Assembly (NCBI RefSeq): GCF_028368995.1
Contig: NZ_JAQNDL010000001.1
Coordinates: forward strand, 352,001 to 416,000
Direction of reading: 5' to 3'
DNA: 64,000 nucleotides
From: Nannocystis bainbridge
Lineage (GTDB): Bacteria > Myxococcota_A > Polyangia > Nannocystales > Nannocystaceae
Shown: one piece after another, positions 62,869 through 64,000 of the stretch
How the letters are laid out: every line of letters begins with the position of its first letter
Position numbering within the stretch: position 1 is the first letter of the stretch
Notes under the pieces: model-generated
Told to the model about the DNA's origin: nothing
The model's input: only the letters and a program-made list of their open reading frames with translations
Database searches by the model: none
Translations under genes and position numbers: made by a program

Positions 62869-63645
62869 ATGTCGAACGCACCGCTCGCGCTCATCACCGG
62901 GGCTGGCCGCGGCATCGGTCGCGCCGTCGCCGAGGCGCTCGCGCCGAACCACACCCTCCTGCTCGCCGGCCGCGACCGCGACGTCCTCGCGCGCACCGCC
63001 GCCGAGCTCGGCGCTCCGCACGGCGCCCACGTCCTCGGCGTCGACCTCGGCGAACCGGCCGCTCGCCGCTCCTTCCTGTCCGAAGTGACAGGTCTCGAAG
63101 GCCAGCTCGGCGCGCGGGTCCAGGTCCTCGTCAACAACGCCGGCGCCGCCCACTCCGCCCCGCTCGCGCGCACCGGCGACGACGACTGGGCCCGCCTGTT
63201 CGAGCTCAACTGCACCGCCCCGTTCGTCCTGACCCGCGCCCTCGTGCCCGGCATGATCGCCGGCGGCTGGGGCCGGATCGTCAACGTCGCCTCGACCGCC
63301 GCCCTCAAGGGCTACGCGTACACGGCCGCCTACTCGGCCAGCAAGGCCGGTCTGCTCGGCTGGACCCGCGCCCTCGCCGTCGAGCTGGCGGCCAAGGAAG
63401 TCACCGTCAACGCCGTCTGCCCCGGCTTCACCGACACCGACATCGTCGCCGACGCCGCCCGCAACATCCAGGCCACCACCGGCCGCAGCGAGGACGACGC
63501 CCGCAAGGCGCTGGCCCGCTTCTCGCCGCAGGGCCGGCTGCGCAGCCCGGCCGAGGTCGCCGACCTGATCGCCTGGCTCGTGCGCCCGGGCGCCGGCGGC
63601 GTCACCGGTCAGGCGCTGGCGATCGACGGCGGCGAGACGGCCTGA
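62869..63645 (+). CDS. SDR family oxidoreductase
   Basis: TGAGRGIG, NNAG, YSASK, NAVCPGFTDT. Confidence 0.92.
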   Translation: MSNAPLALITGAGRGIGRAVAEALAPNHTLLLAGRDRDVLARTAAELGAPHGAHVLGVDLGEPAARRSFLSEVTGLEGQLGARVQVLVNNAGAAHSAPLARTGDDDWARLFELNCTAPFVLTRALVPGMIAGGWGRIVNVASTAALKGYAYTAAYSASKAGLLGWTRALAVELAAKEVTVNAVCPGFTDTDIVADAARNIQATTGRSEDDARKALARFSPQGRLRSPAEVADLIAWLVRPGAGGVTGQALAIDGGETA

Positions 63646-63724
63646 CCGAAGGGCCAGGTCTCGGCCGCAGCCCGTGCCCGCCGCGCCAACGGCAGCTCTG
63701 CCCGCGCCTGCCGGCGCACCAGCG

Positions 63725-63818
63725 GGCGCCTGTACGATCGCACATGCACGAAGGGGCAGGTCCCGAAGTACCTGCCCCTTTCGCCATGGCCCGAGGGACA
63801 TGCCCTCGCGGACAGCCG
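63725..63818. repeat. 7-unit 14-bp-phased palindrome array
   Basis: Cores at 63729, 63743, 63757, 63771, 63785, 63799, 63813; convergent junction. Confidence 0.88.
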
Positions 63819-63831
63819 CGATCAGCCGCGA

Positions 63832-64000
63832 TCAGCCGACCTTGTCCCAGCCCTTCTTGATGTTCTCGCCGACCATCTCGTCGCCGATCTTGAGCGCCTC
63901 GCCGAGCGTCGGCGCCAGCCGGACCTCGCGCTCGAGCGGCGTCTTGCGGCCGGCCGAGAAGTCGGTCCAGTGGACCACGAAGGCCGGGTAGTTGGGGTCG
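63832..64000 (-). CDS. 3' end of a CDS (truncated by the window), possibly an ATP-dependent DNA ligase-family protein C-terminus
   Basis: Translates ..DPNYPAFVVHWTDFSAGRKTPLEREVRLA..ENIKKGWDKVG*; high GC3; product call from recollection only. Confidence 0.5.
   Translation of the reverse strand, partial: DPNYPAFVVHWTDFSAGRKTPLEREVRLAPTLGEALKIGDEMVGENIKKGWDKVG

Overview
A very GC-rich, gene-dense core-chromosome segment, most likely from a myxobacterium (Nannocystis-like). This is inferred from the oxidosqualene cyclase, DUF507, Thr-rich and FG-GAP lipoproteins and a Ser/Thr kinase. About 50 CDS can be called: housekeeping genes (apt, surE, ihfA, MerR regulator, holB, thrB, etfB/etfA, gltA, truA, pssA, pspA), signalling proteins, secreted lipoproteins, two probable GT-C glycosyltransferases and an orphan sterol-type oxidosqualene cyclase. 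There is one tRNA-Pro(GGG). No integrase, transposase, prophage or CRISPR-cas was seen. The most striking signal is not a gene. A 14-bp palindrome, TGTCC-N4-GGACA (degenerate TGYCY-N4-RGRCA), recurs at dozens of places, in four forms: (1) exactly 14-bp-phased tandem arrays at gene 3' ends, with arrays or site pairs at all nine convergent junctions; (2) a 40/80-bp composite repeat; (3) phased runs inside coding sequences; (4) single sites apparently written into genes with rare codons. I do not recognise it as a described element. Secondary oddities: an operon of apparent pseudo-enzymes, a kinase/pseudokinase pair, a DUF167-lipoprotein fusion, a YsnF-type ORF with an internal RBS and start, and a uvrC fragment in front of the cyclase. 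All product calls come from motif recognition by eye, not database searches. Several start codons are uncertain.
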